Under the pieces are notes generated by a model. That model saw nothing but the letters and a program-made list of their open reading frames with translations, was not told where the DNA came from and searched no databases. 64,000 nucleotides of DNA, from NCBI GenBank assembly GCA_963664365.1, contig OY761144.1, forward strand, positions 3,243,621 through 3,307,620, read 5' to 3'. A program made the translations under genes and the position numbers. The DNA comes from Dehalococcoidia bacterium. Lineage in GTDB: Bacteria; Chloroflexota; Dehalococcoidia; Lucifugimonadales; UBA1123. Positions 26,953 to 36,120 of this stretch are shown piece after piece (position 1 is the stretch's first letter; every line of letters begins with the position of its first letter).

Positions 26953-27176
26953 TTTCCAAGACTTCTCAAAAGTTAGGTTAATCGTCTCTCAATTTTCCTT
27001 GCGCATCGGATATGCTAGGTGGGACACTTGCCAAGTCCGCGCAGAACCTGCTCCGCGGCTCCCGACTAAAGGGCGTCGGGCATACTGTATGTTACCATGT
27101 ACTGATGAAGTGTCCATACGGCGGACGATTCTGCGACGGAGCCATCGACAGACCGAACAAGCGCAGCCGAACAGAT

Positions 27177-28127
27177 ATGATAACCTTGGCCAGAGAAAAG
27201 ACGCACGCCCCCCCGAACCATCGGCCCGCTATGGTCGCCGAGATGCTTATAGCCATGTCGGTCATGCCGGGAGGCTCTTACATTGACTGCAACGTCGGGG
27301 ATGGCGGTCACACTGAAGCCATTCTGAAAACGGCGCACGGCGCGCGCGTTCTGGGCATCGACCTGGACAAGGAGGCCCTGGAGCGCGCGGCGTCCAGGCT
27401 CACGCGTTGGAGATACCAGGTTGACCTGTGCCACGGCAACTTCGCCGATGTCCACGCCATCGCGCATAACAACCACTTCTTGCCCGCGTGTGGCGTCCTA
27501 TTCGACCTTGGAGTGTCGTCCGCGCAACTCGACACCCCGGAGCGTGGTTTCAGCTTCAGGCACGACGCCCGGCTGGACATGCGCTTCGATCCCGGCGAGG
27601 GCCTCACCGCCTACGACATCGTCAATCGCTGGCCGCTGTCCAAGCTGGAGGAGATCATCCGCGACCTCGGCGACGAGCCCAGAGCGGCCCGCGTCGCAAG
27701 GGGCATCGTCAAAAACCGACGTATCGAGACCACGGGCCAACTCGCCGGCGTCGTAACCGATGCCCTCAACTGGCCCGCATACAGCCGCAACCATCCCGCG
27801 ACACGCACATTCCAGGCGCTTCGCATGGCCGTCAACGCTGAAATTGAGAGCTTGGAACGCGGACTCGCCCAGGCGGTACAATCGCTCCAGCCCAAAGGAC
27901 GGCTCGTCGTCATCAGCTATCACTCCATAGACGACAGGATAGTAAAGGAATTCATTCGAGAGAGCTCCTCAGGGTGTTCGTGTCCTCCGATGCTCCCTGA
28001 GTGCATTTGCGACAAGACGCCAATGCTCAAGCCGATCGGCAAGGGGGCCGTCAAGCCCACCATCTCGGAGGTTAGAAACAATCCGCGAGCCCGAAGCGCC
28101 AGAATGAGGGTGGCTGAGAGGCTGTAA
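27177..28127 (+). CDS. rsmH: 16S rRNA (cytosine1402-N4)-methyltransferase
   Basis: ATG 27177: ..HRPAMVAEMLIAM....GSYIDCNVGDGGHTEAIL.., ..DLGVSS.QLD.PERGFSF....LDMRFD.., ..SYHS.DDRIVK.F... The longer ORF-track start at 27012 has no support. Confidence 0.9.
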   Translation: MITLAREKTHAPPNHRPAMVAEMLIAMSVMPGGSYIDCNVGDGGHTEAILKTAHGARVLGIDLDKEALERAASRLTRWRYQVDLCHGNFADVHAIAHNNHFLPACGVLFDLGVSSAQLDTPERGFSFRHDARLDMRFDPGEGLTAYDIVNRWPLSKLEEIIRDLGDEPRAARVARGIVKNRRIETTGQLAGVVTDALNWPAYSRNHPATRTFQALRMAVNAEIESLERGLAQAVQSLQPKGRLVVISYHSIDDRIVKEFIRESSSGCSCPPMLPECICDKTPMLKPIGKGAVKPTISEVRNNPRARSARMRVAERL

Positions 28128-28206
28128 ACAGCGTCGGACTTTATTCGACGATGCCTCGTGTGTAGAATATGTCGGTGAAAATCCATAAGGCTTCAGAGAA
28201 CACGGA

Positions 28207-29448
28207 ATGACCCAAGACTCGAAAGTCATCGCGGCGGTTGACGTGGGCACTACCAAAGTGTGTACCATAATCGCGCGTCCGGAGGGCGCGAGACAGTTCT
28301 CCGTTCTCTCATACAGCGTAGTGCCGTCGCGCGGCATGGAAAGGGGCATCATCACTGACGTCTCGGAGGCCGAAGAGTCCATCCGAAGCTCGATTTCGGA
28401 CGCGGTCGACAAGGCCGACGCCGCCGTCACGGCCGCATACGTGGGAATCACCGGCGCACATGTCTCCTTCGAGAACCGATACGACCGCATCGACTGGGCA
28501 GCCGCAAGGGGTGTCATCACCCGCGCGGACCTAGCCAAGATACCCGTGACCGTTGCCGAAGCCAGCAAACAGCCGGGGAGGCAAGTGCTTCATGCCCTGC
28601 CGCGCAACTACATCCTGGACGGTCAGAGCGGCATAGTCGATCCTCTGGGTATGCACACCAAGAGGATGGAGGTCGATAGCCACGTCGTGTCTGCCGAGGT
28701 CTCCACGGTCCGCAGGCTCTCCCAATCGGTCGAGAAAGCGGGTTTCGCCGTCCAAGCGCTAGTGCTGGAGCCGCTCGCCAGCTCGGAAGCGGTACTCTCC
28801 GAAGCCGAAAAATTCGATGACGCCGTCCTCGTGGACATGGGAGGCGGCACTTCCGACATCATCATGTTCGATAGGGGAATAGTCGAGTACACCTCGGTGC
28901 TCCCCATTGGCGGATTCCAGTTCACCAACGATATGTGCGTCGCCTTCAACACCACCTACGAGGCTGCCGAAGCGGTCAAGCTGGAATACGGCAACACCGA
29001 CCCGGCCACGTTCGGCGCGCTCGATGACGTTGGAATGCCCGTCAGAGGCAGGCAGCTAGACACCCGAGTCAGCCTGCGCGAAATCTCACAACTTCTCAGA
29101 GAGCGCGCCAGAGAGTTGATGAGGCTCATCCGCATCAAGATGGCCGACGCGGGCGTTGACGATCCCACCAAGAGAACTCTGGTGCTCACGGGCGGAAGCT
29201 CCCGACTTCCGGGACTCGACGCCCTCGTGAAACGACACGTGACCCCAAGCGTCAGAATTGGCGGCGCCAACCCGAGGGCCGACTTGCCGGAGGTCCTAAA
29301 AGGCCCGGAATTCGCCACCAGCGTCGGCCTCGTCATGTGGGCCATGAAGCATCCGGTGCCTCCATCCAAGATTTCGACGACAGGTCAGCCGCGCAACTCA
29401 CACAGGAAAAAACGCCCACGACTACTCAGGTGGATGTTTCCGGAATAG
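28207..29448 (+). CDS. ftsA: Cell division protein FtsA
   Basis: ..VIAAVDVGTTKVCTIIAR.., ..LVDMGGGTSDI.., ..VLTGGSSRLPGL... Actin-fold pattern, directly upstream of ftsZ. Confidence 0.9.
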   Translation: MTQDSKVIAAVDVGTTKVCTIIARPEGARQFSVLSYSVVPSRGMERGIITDVSEAEESIRSSISDAVDKADAAVTAAYVGITGAHVSFENRYDRIDWAAARGVITRADLAKIPVTVAEASKQPGRQVLHALPRNYILDGQSGIVDPLGMHTKRMEVDSHVVSAEVSTVRRLSQSVEKAGFAVQALVLEPLASSEAVLSEAEKFDDAVLVDMGGGTSDIIMFDRGIVEYTSVLPIGGFQFTNDMCVAFNTTYEAAEAVKLEYGNTDPATFGALDDVGMPVRGRQLDTRVSLREISQLLRERARELMRLIRIKMADAGVDDPTKRTLVLTGGSSRLPGLDALVKRHVTPSVRIGGANPRADLPEVLKGPEFATSVGLVMWAMKHPVPPSKISTTGQPRNSHRKKRPRLLRWMFPE

Positions 29449-29478
29449 GCCTTTAATTAGATAACCGGGGGGATAGGC

Positions 29479-30570
29479 ATGACGACATATCGGGGCGATC
29501 AAGAGAACATTGCCCGAATCAAAGTAATAGGCGTTGGAGGAGGCGGATCCAACGCTGTCTCCAGAATGTACAGGGAGCGCATCCCCGGCGTTGAATACAT
29601 CGTCGTCAATACGGACTCCCAAGCCCTCGTCCGAAGCGACGTGCCGGTTAAGATTCGCATCGGAGACCAGCTTACCCAGGGCAAGGGCGTCGGAGGTATG
29701 CCCGAGCTTGGCGCCAAGTCCGCCGAGGAGAGCCGCGAAGACCTCTACGAGATCATCCGAGACTCCGACATGGTCTTCTTGGCCGGCGGCATGGGCGGCG
29801 GCACCGGCACCGGCGCGACGCCCATCATCGCTGAGATAGCCAAGGAGACCAACGCGCTCACGGTCGCCGTGGTCACCAAGCCTTTCGACTTCGAAGGCAT
29901 CAGGCGGCAGCGTGTCGCCGAAGCGGGAATCAAACGCCTCAGAGAGCACACCGATACCCTGCTCGTCATCCCCAACGAGCGTCTCCAAGTCATCTCAGAG
30001 GAAGAGATAACCGCCGAGAACGCATTCAAGATGGCGGACGACGTCCTGCGGATCGGTGTACAGTCGATCGCCGAACTCGTCACCGTCGCCGGAGACATCA
30101 ACGTTGACTTCGCCGACGTTAACGCCATAATGCGCGACGCCGGCCCCGCGTGGATGTCCATCGGATGGGGCATTGGAGACCATCGCGCAAGAGAGGCGGC
30201 CCAGCACGCCATAACCAACCCGCTGCTCGACGTATCCATCGAGGGAGCCAGGGGTGTCCTGTTCAACATCACCGGCGGCAGCGACCTCAAACTCTCCGAG
30301 TTGCACGAGGCCGCCGAGGTGATTCAGAGAGTCGTTGACCCGGAGGCCAACATAATCTTCGGCATGGTCACGGACCTCAAGATGGAGAACGAGATCAAGC
30401 TGACCATCATCGCCACGGGCTTCCAAGACGGCGACATTCTCAGCGAACGCGAAGACAACATCGAACGGCTGCTGTCAGAAGCGCTCGCGGCGGGAAAGGA
30501 AGACGAACTGGACCTGCCCCCGTTCCTTCGCCGATTCTCGCGGATGCGCACCCAAACCAACGGCAACTGA
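29479..30570 (+). CDS. ftsZ: Cell division protein FtsZ
   Basis: IKVIGVGGGGSNAVSRM.., tubulin signature GGMGGGTGTGATPIIAEIAK, and NVDFADV. Confidence 0.97.
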   Translation: MTTYRGDQENIARIKVIGVGGGGSNAVSRMYRERIPGVEYIVVNTDSQALVRSDVPVKIRIGDQLTQGKGVGGMPELGAKSAEESREDLYEIIRDSDMVFLAGGMGGGTGTGATPIIAEIAKETNALTVAVVTKPFDFEGIRRQRVAEAGIKRLREHTDTLLVIPNERLQVISEEEITAENAFKMADDVLRIGVQSIAELVTVAGDINVDFADVNAIMRDAGPAWMSIGWGIGDHRAREAAQHAITNPLLDVSIEGARGVLFNITGGSDLKLSELHEAAEVIQRVVDPEANIIFGMVTDLKMENEIKLTIIATGFQDGDILSEREDNIERLLSEALAAGKEDELDLPPFLRRFSRMRTQTNGN

Positions 30571-30596
30571 TCCGTTCCTGCCGACGGCATTCAACC

Positions 30597-30640
30597 CAGC
30601 GGCGCGACGCTAATCCCCGTCGCGCCGCTGCTCTTTCCCC
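30597..30640 (+). terminator. Rho-independent-like terminator after ftsZ
   Basis: A 12-bp perfect stem, cagcggcgcgac (30597-30608) / gtcgcgccgctg (30619-30630), with a 10-nt loop, followed by ctctttccccc. Confidence 0.5.
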
Positions 30641-30698
30641 CGCCACCCCTACGAACCTGTGTCACTTTAGGAAGTTCCATCGCGCGCGAGCGCGAAAA

Positions 30699-30767
30699 TC
30701 CCCTCTCCCTTGAGGGAGAGGGCTAGGGTGAGGGTGATACCTTCACCGACCAAACTGACACAGACTC
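30699..30767 (+). repeat. Mosaic hairpin repeat element, copy 3 (core + right flank type B)
   Basis: tcccctctcccttgagggagagggctagggtgagggtgataccttcaccgaccaaactgacacagactc. The core is shared with copies 1 and 2, and the right flank is shared with 10332-10368 (opposite strand). Confidence 0.85.
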
Positions 30768-30783
30768 CGCCCCTACCCTCTTA

Positions 30784-30812
30784 TTGACACTACCGCCCCA
30801 CGTTGATACATT
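30784..30812 (+). promoter_or_regulatory. Sigma-70-like promoter upstream of the sulfite/nitrite reductase gene
   Basis: TTGACA (30784-30789), a 17-nt spacer, then TACATT (30807-30812). It would give a ~100-nt leader before ATG 30914. Pattern match only. Confidence 0.4.
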
Positions 30813-30913
30813 TACCATACAACGGACAATCCAAATCCCCGCGTCTATCCGTTCGAGCGGAGCGATCGCCATTCGCCGCCGGACAAACCGGACTTCAGGA
30901 AGGAACTCAGCGA

Positions 30914-32659
30914 ATGACCACCGCCAAGCCGATAATCGAGTACCTGCCCTCCGAGATCGATGAGTTCGAGATGGGCGTGAACAAGTTCCAGGCCGGAGAC
31001 TGGGACCCCACCGATTTCATGGCCTTCCGGCTGCGGCAGGGGGTCTATGGACAGCGGCAGCCCGACGTCCACATGTTCCGCATCAAGATACCCTTCGGCG
31101 GCATGACCGCCGACCAACTGGACATGATGGGCGAGGTCGTCGCCAACTACACCCCGCTCAACAAGGGCCACGTCACGACTCGCGAGAACATCCAGCTTCA
31201 TCACATCCCGCTGCCCGACACCCCAACGATCATGCGAATGCTCGCCTCAGTCGGACTCACCACCCGCGAGGCGTGCGGGAACACCGTCCGCAACGTCACC
31301 GGATGCGCCATCGCGGGCGTCTGCGCCAACGAGCCTTTCGACGTCACCCCTTATGCCGCCGCATACTCCCGATACTTCGTCAGGCACCCCTTCACACAGT
31401 CTATGCCGCGCAAGATCAAGTCCGCCTTCTCAGGCTGCGACCGCGACTGCGCCATTACCGGCATCCACGACGTCGGCTTCATACCCCGCATCCAAGACGG
31501 GCAGAAGGGATTCAAGATGCTCATGGGCGGCGGCACTTCCATCATGCCGCGCATCGCCCCGACGCTCTACGAATTCGTCACCGCCGACGAGTACCTCAGA
31601 GTCACGGAAGCCGCGCTCAGGGTATTCCATGACTCCGACGAACTGCGGCGCAGCAGAATGAAGGCCCGCGTCAAGTTCCTCATCGCCCGAATAGGGATAG
31701 ACGAGTTCCGCGTTCTCGTCGAAGAACAGCTTCAGGAAGCATGGGCGCAGCGCTCATTCGACCCAACCGGCCTGCTCTTCATAGACGATGAGGAAGCCGA
31801 CGCCCCGCCGCTCGACGGCGACTTTCAGCCCGCCGGGCCGGACCCCGAATTCGAGCGCTGGCTCGATACCAACGTCCAGCCACAGAAGCAGAGCGGCTAC
31901 CACACGGTCACCGCCAAGCTCCCGCTCGGAGACATCGACTCCAGCCAGTTCCACAAGCTCGCCGACCTCACCCGCAAGTACGGCGCGAGCCGCGCGCGGC
32001 TAACCCACCAGCAGAACCTAGCGGTGCGTTGGGTTCCCGAAAACGCGCTCTATGAAGTCTGGCAAAACCTCAAAGAGATCGGATTTGGCGAGGCCGGAGC
32101 CCTCGAGATAACCGACGTCGTCTCATGCCCGGGCACAGATAGCTGCAAGCTCGGCATTACGTCGTCCATGGGTCTTGGCCGCGCGGTCGCCGATGCCGTT
32201 GAGGTAATCGACCAGGAGAACGATCCGCTCATTCGCAAGATGCACATCAAGATGAGCGGATGCCCCAACGGATGCGGACAGCACCACGTCGCCGACATCG
32301 GCTTCCACGGCGCGGCGGCCAAGGGGCCCAGCGGACAGGTGCCCGCCTATGAGTTGTTCCTCGGCGGCGGATTCGAGGAGGGCGACACGCGCATCGGACT
32401 CAGGGTCAAGACCAAGGTCCCGGCCAAGAGTATGCCCCAAGCCCTCAGGAAGGTTCTGGACTTCTACAAGGCCGAGCGCGGCGACGACGAGATATTCCGG
32501 GACTTCGCCGCCCGCGTCGGGCCGGAGTCGTTCGAGCCTCTGCTCGCCGAGTTCAAGGAGATTCCGGAACTCAACCGCGAGTCGCTGGACATGTACATAG
32601 ACTGGTCCAAGACCGTCAAATATGTCCTGGAACGCGGCGAAGGAGAGTGCGCCGTCTAG
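30914..32659 (+). CDS. Ferredoxin-type sulfite/nitrite reductase hemoprotein (siroheme + 4Fe-4S)
   Basis: ATG 30914 follows aggaagga. Cluster/siroheme cysteines are in ..VVSCPGTDSCKLG.. and ..KMSGCPNGCGQHHVADIGF... The duplicated NIR/SIR half-domain architecture is present. Confidence 0.88.
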   Translation: MTTAKPIIEYLPSEIDEFEMGVNKFQAGDWDPTDFMAFRLRQGVYGQRQPDVHMFRIKIPFGGMTADQLDMMGEVVANYTPLNKGHVTTRENIQLHHIPLPDTPTIMRMLASVGLTTREACGNTVRNVTGCAIAGVCANEPFDVTPYAAAYSRYFVRHPFTQSMPRKIKSAFSGCDRDCAITGIHDVGFIPRIQDGQKGFKMLMGGGTSIMPRIAPTLYEFVTADEYLRVTEAALRVFHDSDELRRSRMKARVKFLIARIGIDEFRVLVEEQLQEAWAQRSFDPTGLLFIDDEEADAPPLDGDFQPAGPDPEFERWLDTNVQPQKQSGYHTVTAKLPLGDIDSSQFHKLADLTRKYGASRARLTHQQNLAVRWVPENALYEVWQNLKEIGFGEAGALEITDVVSCPGTDSCKLGITSSMGLGRAVADAVEVIDQENDPLIRKMHIKMSGCPNGCGQHHVADIGFHGAAAKGPSGQVPAYELFLGGGFEEGDTRIGLRVKTKVPAKSMPQALRKVLDFYKAERGDDEIFRDFAARVGPESFEPLLAEFKEIPELNRESLDMYIDWSKTVKYVLERGEGECAV

Positions 32660-33072
32660 CCCCGCCTGATCCTGCGCCTCATACGCTCGAACCAAGACTC
32701 CTGCCGGTCATCCACGATTTGGCCGCGCCATCGCTTCTCGACCTTAGGCGGCCTGGCCAAGACCATCCCGTAACCGATGATGAACACCACCAGCCCGGCC
32801 CAAGCCAGAAGGCCGAGCGTCCCCAATCCAAACACCTGCAGCGCAAGACCCGTAAGAAGCAGAAGGAACCCCGTCAGCATCACCCGCCCCGGAGTGATAG
32901 ACCAAAAACCGCCTCTCAGCGACTGCCTCGCATACAGCCACACCAGCCGAAAGAAGCCATGCCGACGCGGCCGATTTCCTCGCGGCGGCGGCCCGACTTC
33001 ACCCGCGCTCTCCAGAATCTCTTCGATTTCGCGTTGATACCTGCTGGACATTCCCGCTCCCGGCGTTTGCAC
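32656..33072 (-). CDS. Small membrane protein, function unknown
   Basis: Basic N- and C-termini flank two long hydrophobic helices (VMLTGFLLLLTGLALQVFGL..LLAWAGLVVFIIGYGMVLA). It is convergent with the reductase gene, with a 4-nt overlap. The start may be ATG 33051. Confidence 0.5.
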   Translation of the reverse strand: MQTPGAGMSSRYQREIEEILESAGEVGPPPRGNRPRRHGFFRLVWLYARQSLRGGFWSITPGRVMLTGFLLLLTGLALQVFGLGTLGLLAWAGLVVFIIGYGMVLARPPKVEKRWRGQIVDDRQESWFERMRRRIRRG

Positions 33073-33201
33073 TCTGAGACCGCATCCTAATCAACAACCC
33101 CATGAGTGTCAAGACGGCAAAATTCGGCGGGCGATTGACACAGCCGAAGAAATCTGCAACAATTCCGACCATTCAATCTAGCGAAATCGAGGTGCGGCCA
33201 C

Positions 33202-34155
33202 ATGGAAACTAGGCGTCTGGGCCGGACGGAACTTCAGGTCACGCCGCTCGGATACGGACTGGCGGAGATCGACCGGCAGGACAAGGGCGGCAGAGACATC
33301 TCGGAATCCGGCCGGGTGCTGGAGGCGGTGCTCGACGGCGGCATCAACTTCCTCGACACCGCATCGGGATACGGCATTACCGAGGAGCTTATCGGCGAGA
33401 CGATCAGCCATCGCCGCGACGAGTACGTACTCGCGACCAAGTTCGGTCCCATCTACGACGATGCCAGCGCCCGCGAGTACGACGAAGCCGCGGTCAGCGA
33501 GAGCATAGACGACAGCCTGCGGAAGATGAAGACCGACCGGCTGGACATCATCCAGCTTCAGTACGGCGCCCCGGACACCGGCCTGCTGGCTCCTTACCGC
33601 GATGAGATCATCGGCGCGATGCTCAAGGCGCGAGATGCGGGCAAGGTGAGATTCCTAGGCTTCGCCGGAGACAACGACTCGGCTGAGTGGGCCGTCGAGT
33701 GCGGCGCTTTCGACGCCTTGCAGACGACGTTCAACCTCGTGGACCAGCGCGCCCGAAACGGCCTGTTCGCAAGGGCGAGAGAAAAGGACATCGGCCTCAT
33801 CATCAAGCGGCCGCTCGCCAACGGCATCTGGGCGAGAGGTCTATTTGAGTTGGAAGACATCCCGGACGACTACCCCGAAGCGTGGATATTCAAGCGACGC
33901 CAGTACCACGAGCGAGTGCAGGCGATGAAGCGGGCCGGACCCATACCGGGCGAGCCGGAGGATCCGACCGCGCTTGCCCTCGCGTTCGTGTTCGCGCACG
34001 AGGCAGACACGGTTATCGTCGGAACGCACAACCCTTCGCATCTGAGCGCGAACATCGAGATCGTCGAGAGCGGCGGGCCGGATATTAGCGAGGCGGTCGA
34101 GGAACTGCGCCGCCGCTTCGACCTTCTGGGCAGCGACTGGGAGCAGGTCGGTTAA
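33202..34155 (+). CDS. Aldo/keto reductase
   Basis: METRRLGRTELQVTPLGYG.., ..INFLDTASGYG.., ..GFAGDN... Typical AKR layout. Confidence 0.85.
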   Translation: METRRLGRTELQVTPLGYGLAEIDRQDKGGRDISESGRVLEAVLDGGINFLDTASGYGITEELIGETISHRRDEYVLATKFGPIYDDASAREYDEAAVSESIDDSLRKMKTDRLDIIQLQYGAPDTGLLAPYRDEIIGAMLKARDAGKVRFLGFAGDNDSAEWAVECGAFDALQTTFNLVDQRARNGLFARAREKDIGLIIKRPLANGIWARGLFELEDIPDDYPEAWIFKRRQYHERVQAMKRAGPIPGEPEDPTALALAFVFAHEADTVIVGTHNPSHLSANIEIVESGGPDISEAVEELRRRFDLLGSDWEQVG

Positions 34156-34158
34156 AAC

Positions 34159-35058
34159 TCACTTAGAGCCGCGTAGCCTGGGGTCTAACAGATCCCTCAC
34201 GGCGTCGCCGAACATATTCACGCCGTAGATGACAGTTGCGAGGGCGATACCGGGGAACAGGGCCAGGACGGGCTTGGTCTCCATGAACCTGCGACCTTCG
34301 CCGCTGAGCATACCGCCCCAGCTTGGGACGTCGGGAGGCAGCCCGAATCCGAGGAAACTCAGGCTGGCCTCGGCCATGATCGCCGACCCTATGCTGACGC
34401 TGAATATGACAATCAGCGGAGCCGTGACGTTCGGCATGACGTGCCGCCACAGCGTTCCCGCGTGAGCGCTGCCGAGCGCGTGAGCCGCCAGAAAGTAGTC
34501 ATTCCCCTTTATCTCGATCACCGCGCTCCTGACGACCCTCGACCAGCCAATGCCGTTCAGTATTCCTATGACGAGCGCTATCTGAATCATCCCTCGTCCC
34601 ACTATGGACATTACGGTCAGCAGGATTAGCATATACGGGAAGGCTGTCCAGGCATCTACGAATCTCTGCATCACTATGTCAGGCTTGCCTCCGAAGAAAC
34701 CGGAGGGAACGCCTATCGCCGCGGCGACCAACACCGTGGCGGCGGTCGCGGCGAGGCCGACTATCATCGAGACCCGCGCGCCGTAGATGAGACGGCTGAA
34801 GATGTCTCTGCCAAGCTGGTCCGCGCCGAGCAGGTGGTCGCCTGAAATTGGAGCGAACCTGCTCAGGATGTCTATTTCGTCGATTTCATAAGGGGCCAGG
34901 AAATCCGCGAATACGCCGCAGAACAGCAGCAGCGCGACTATCGCCCCGCCGACAATCCCCAACGGCTTCTCTCGCGTCAGCCTGAAGACGAAGTCGGCCC
35001 AGGGGCCGCGCCTCCTGGGTTGAATATCCTGTACGGGGATTTCCGTGGTCCGGTTCAT
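34159..35058 (-). CDS. ABC transporter permease (DppC/OppC type), paralogue of 3312..4214
   Basis: ..REKPLGIVGGAIVALLLFCGVFADFLAPY.., LLGADQLGRDIFSRLIYGARVS, C-terminus FGDAVRDLLDPRLRG. Confidence 0.9.
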   Translation of the reverse strand: MNRTTEIPVQDIQPRRRGPWADFVFRLTREKPLGIVGGAIVALLLFCGVFADFLAPYEIDEIDILSRFAPISGDHLLGADQLGRDIFSRLIYGARVSMIVGLAATAATVLVAAAIGVPSGFFGGKPDIVMQRFVDAWTAFPYMLILLTVMSIVGRGMIQIALVIGILNGIGWSRVVRSAVIEIKGNDYFLAAHALGSAHAGTLWRHVMPNVTAPLIVIFSVSIGSAIMAEASLSFLGFGLPPDVPSWGGMLSGEGRRFMETKPVLALFPGIALATVIYGVNMFGDAVRDLLDPRLRGSK

Positions 35059-35070
35059 TCGCTGTCTCGA

Positions 35071-36039
35071 CTAGCCGTAGCGCACTCTGGGATCCAGGTA
35101 AGCGTAGGAGATGTCAATGAGCAGGTTCGACATCACCACTACCGTCGCTACCACCATGTTTATACCGGATACGATCGTGTAGTCTCTCTGGTGAAGCGCC
35201 TCGAGCATGAGCTTCCCCGTTCCGGGCAGGGCGAAGATCTGCTCGATGATTATGGAGCCGCCCGCAAGCAGGACCAACTCCGCCCCAATCACGGTCACAA
35301 CCGGCATCAGCGCATTTCTCAGCGCGTGTCTGACGACTACGAGGTTCTCCCTCAGACCCTTGGAGTACGCGGTTCGGATATAGTCCTGGCGGAGTACTTC
35401 GAGCATCATGGTGCGGGTCATTCTCATAGTCGTTCCGGCCATTGCCATGCCCAGTATGAAAGCCGGAATCAGGAACATCTTCAGGTTGCCGATAGGGTCC
35501 TCTGTGAAAGGGATGACTTCCAGTGGCGGCGTCCACCCCCACCAGATGGAGGGGTAGATCATGATGAGCGTTCCTATCCAGAAGCTCGGCACGGCGATGA
35601 AGATGATTGCGAGGCTCCGCCCCAGGTAGTCGCCGAACGTGTCCTGCCGCATCGCGGAAAAGACGCCTATCGGCAGCGAGATCAGCATCGAGATAAGAAT
35701 TGCGAGCAGGCCCAACTCGAACGTGACGCCGATTCTGCTGCCGATCAGTTCCAGCGCCGGCGCGCCGCTGAGAAGCGAGTTGCCCAGGCTGCCGTGAAGC
35801 ATCAGGTCGCGCAGCCAGCGTCCGTACTGGACGTGAATGGGCACGTCTATGCCGAATGCGCGCTCCAGCCGTTCGCGGTCGGGAGGTTCGCCGAGAATCT
35901 GCCCGCCGCGCATCATCTCGGCAATCATGCTGTCCACGATGTCGCCGGGGATGAGGCGAATCATGAGGAAGACGATGACTGAGACGAGGAAGAGGGTCAG
36001 GACTATCAGAAGCAGTCTTCTGATGACGTAGCGCTGCAA
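35071..36039 (-). CDS. ABC transporter permease (DppB/OppB type), paralogue of 2185..3183
   Basis: MQRYVIRRLLLIVLTLFLVSVIVFLMIRLIPGD.., ..MRMTRTMMLEVLRQDYIRTAYSKGL.., C-terminus ISYAYLDPRVRY. Confidence 0.9.
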   Translation of the reverse strand: MQRYVIRRLLLIVLTLFLVSVIVFLMIRLIPGDIVDSMIAEMMRGGQILGEPPDRERLERAFGIDVPIHVQYGRWLRDLMLHGSLGNSLLSGAPALELIGSRIGVTFELGLLAILISMLISLPIGVFSAMRQDTFGDYLGRSLAIIFIAVPSFWIGTLIMIYPSIWWGWTPPLEVIPFTEDPIGNLKMFLIPAFILGMAMAGTTMRMTRTMMLEVLRQDYIRTAYSKGLRENLVVVRHALRNALMPVVTVIGAELVLLAGGSIIIEQIFALPGTGKLMLEALHQRDYTIVSGINMVVATVVVMSNLLIDISYAYLDPRVRYG

Positions 36040-36059
36040 ATTAGACCTCGCCTAAAGAC

Positions 36060-36085
36060 CGCTGGGGGGCGTCAACCCCCCAGCG
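36060..36085 (-). promoter_or_regulatory. Stable intercistronic hairpin between SBP and permease genes (second ABC locus)
   Basis: cgctgggggg (36060-36069), loop cgtcaa, ccccccagcg (36076-36085). It occupies the same position as the hairpin at 2129-2160 in the paralogous locus, but the sequence is unrelated. Confidence 0.5.
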
Positions 36086-36120
36086 AATCGGTGGCTCAAA
36101 GAGTGACTGGACGGGAATCC

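Noticed and set aside
23426-27286. A 1286-aa uninterrupted plus-strand ORF.
   Set aside because: It runs antisense to four well-supported genes (der, argF, trmD, mogA-like). Its product is R/H/P/V-rich low-complexity sequence with no motifs. Long stop-free antisense frames are expected in high-GC DNA.
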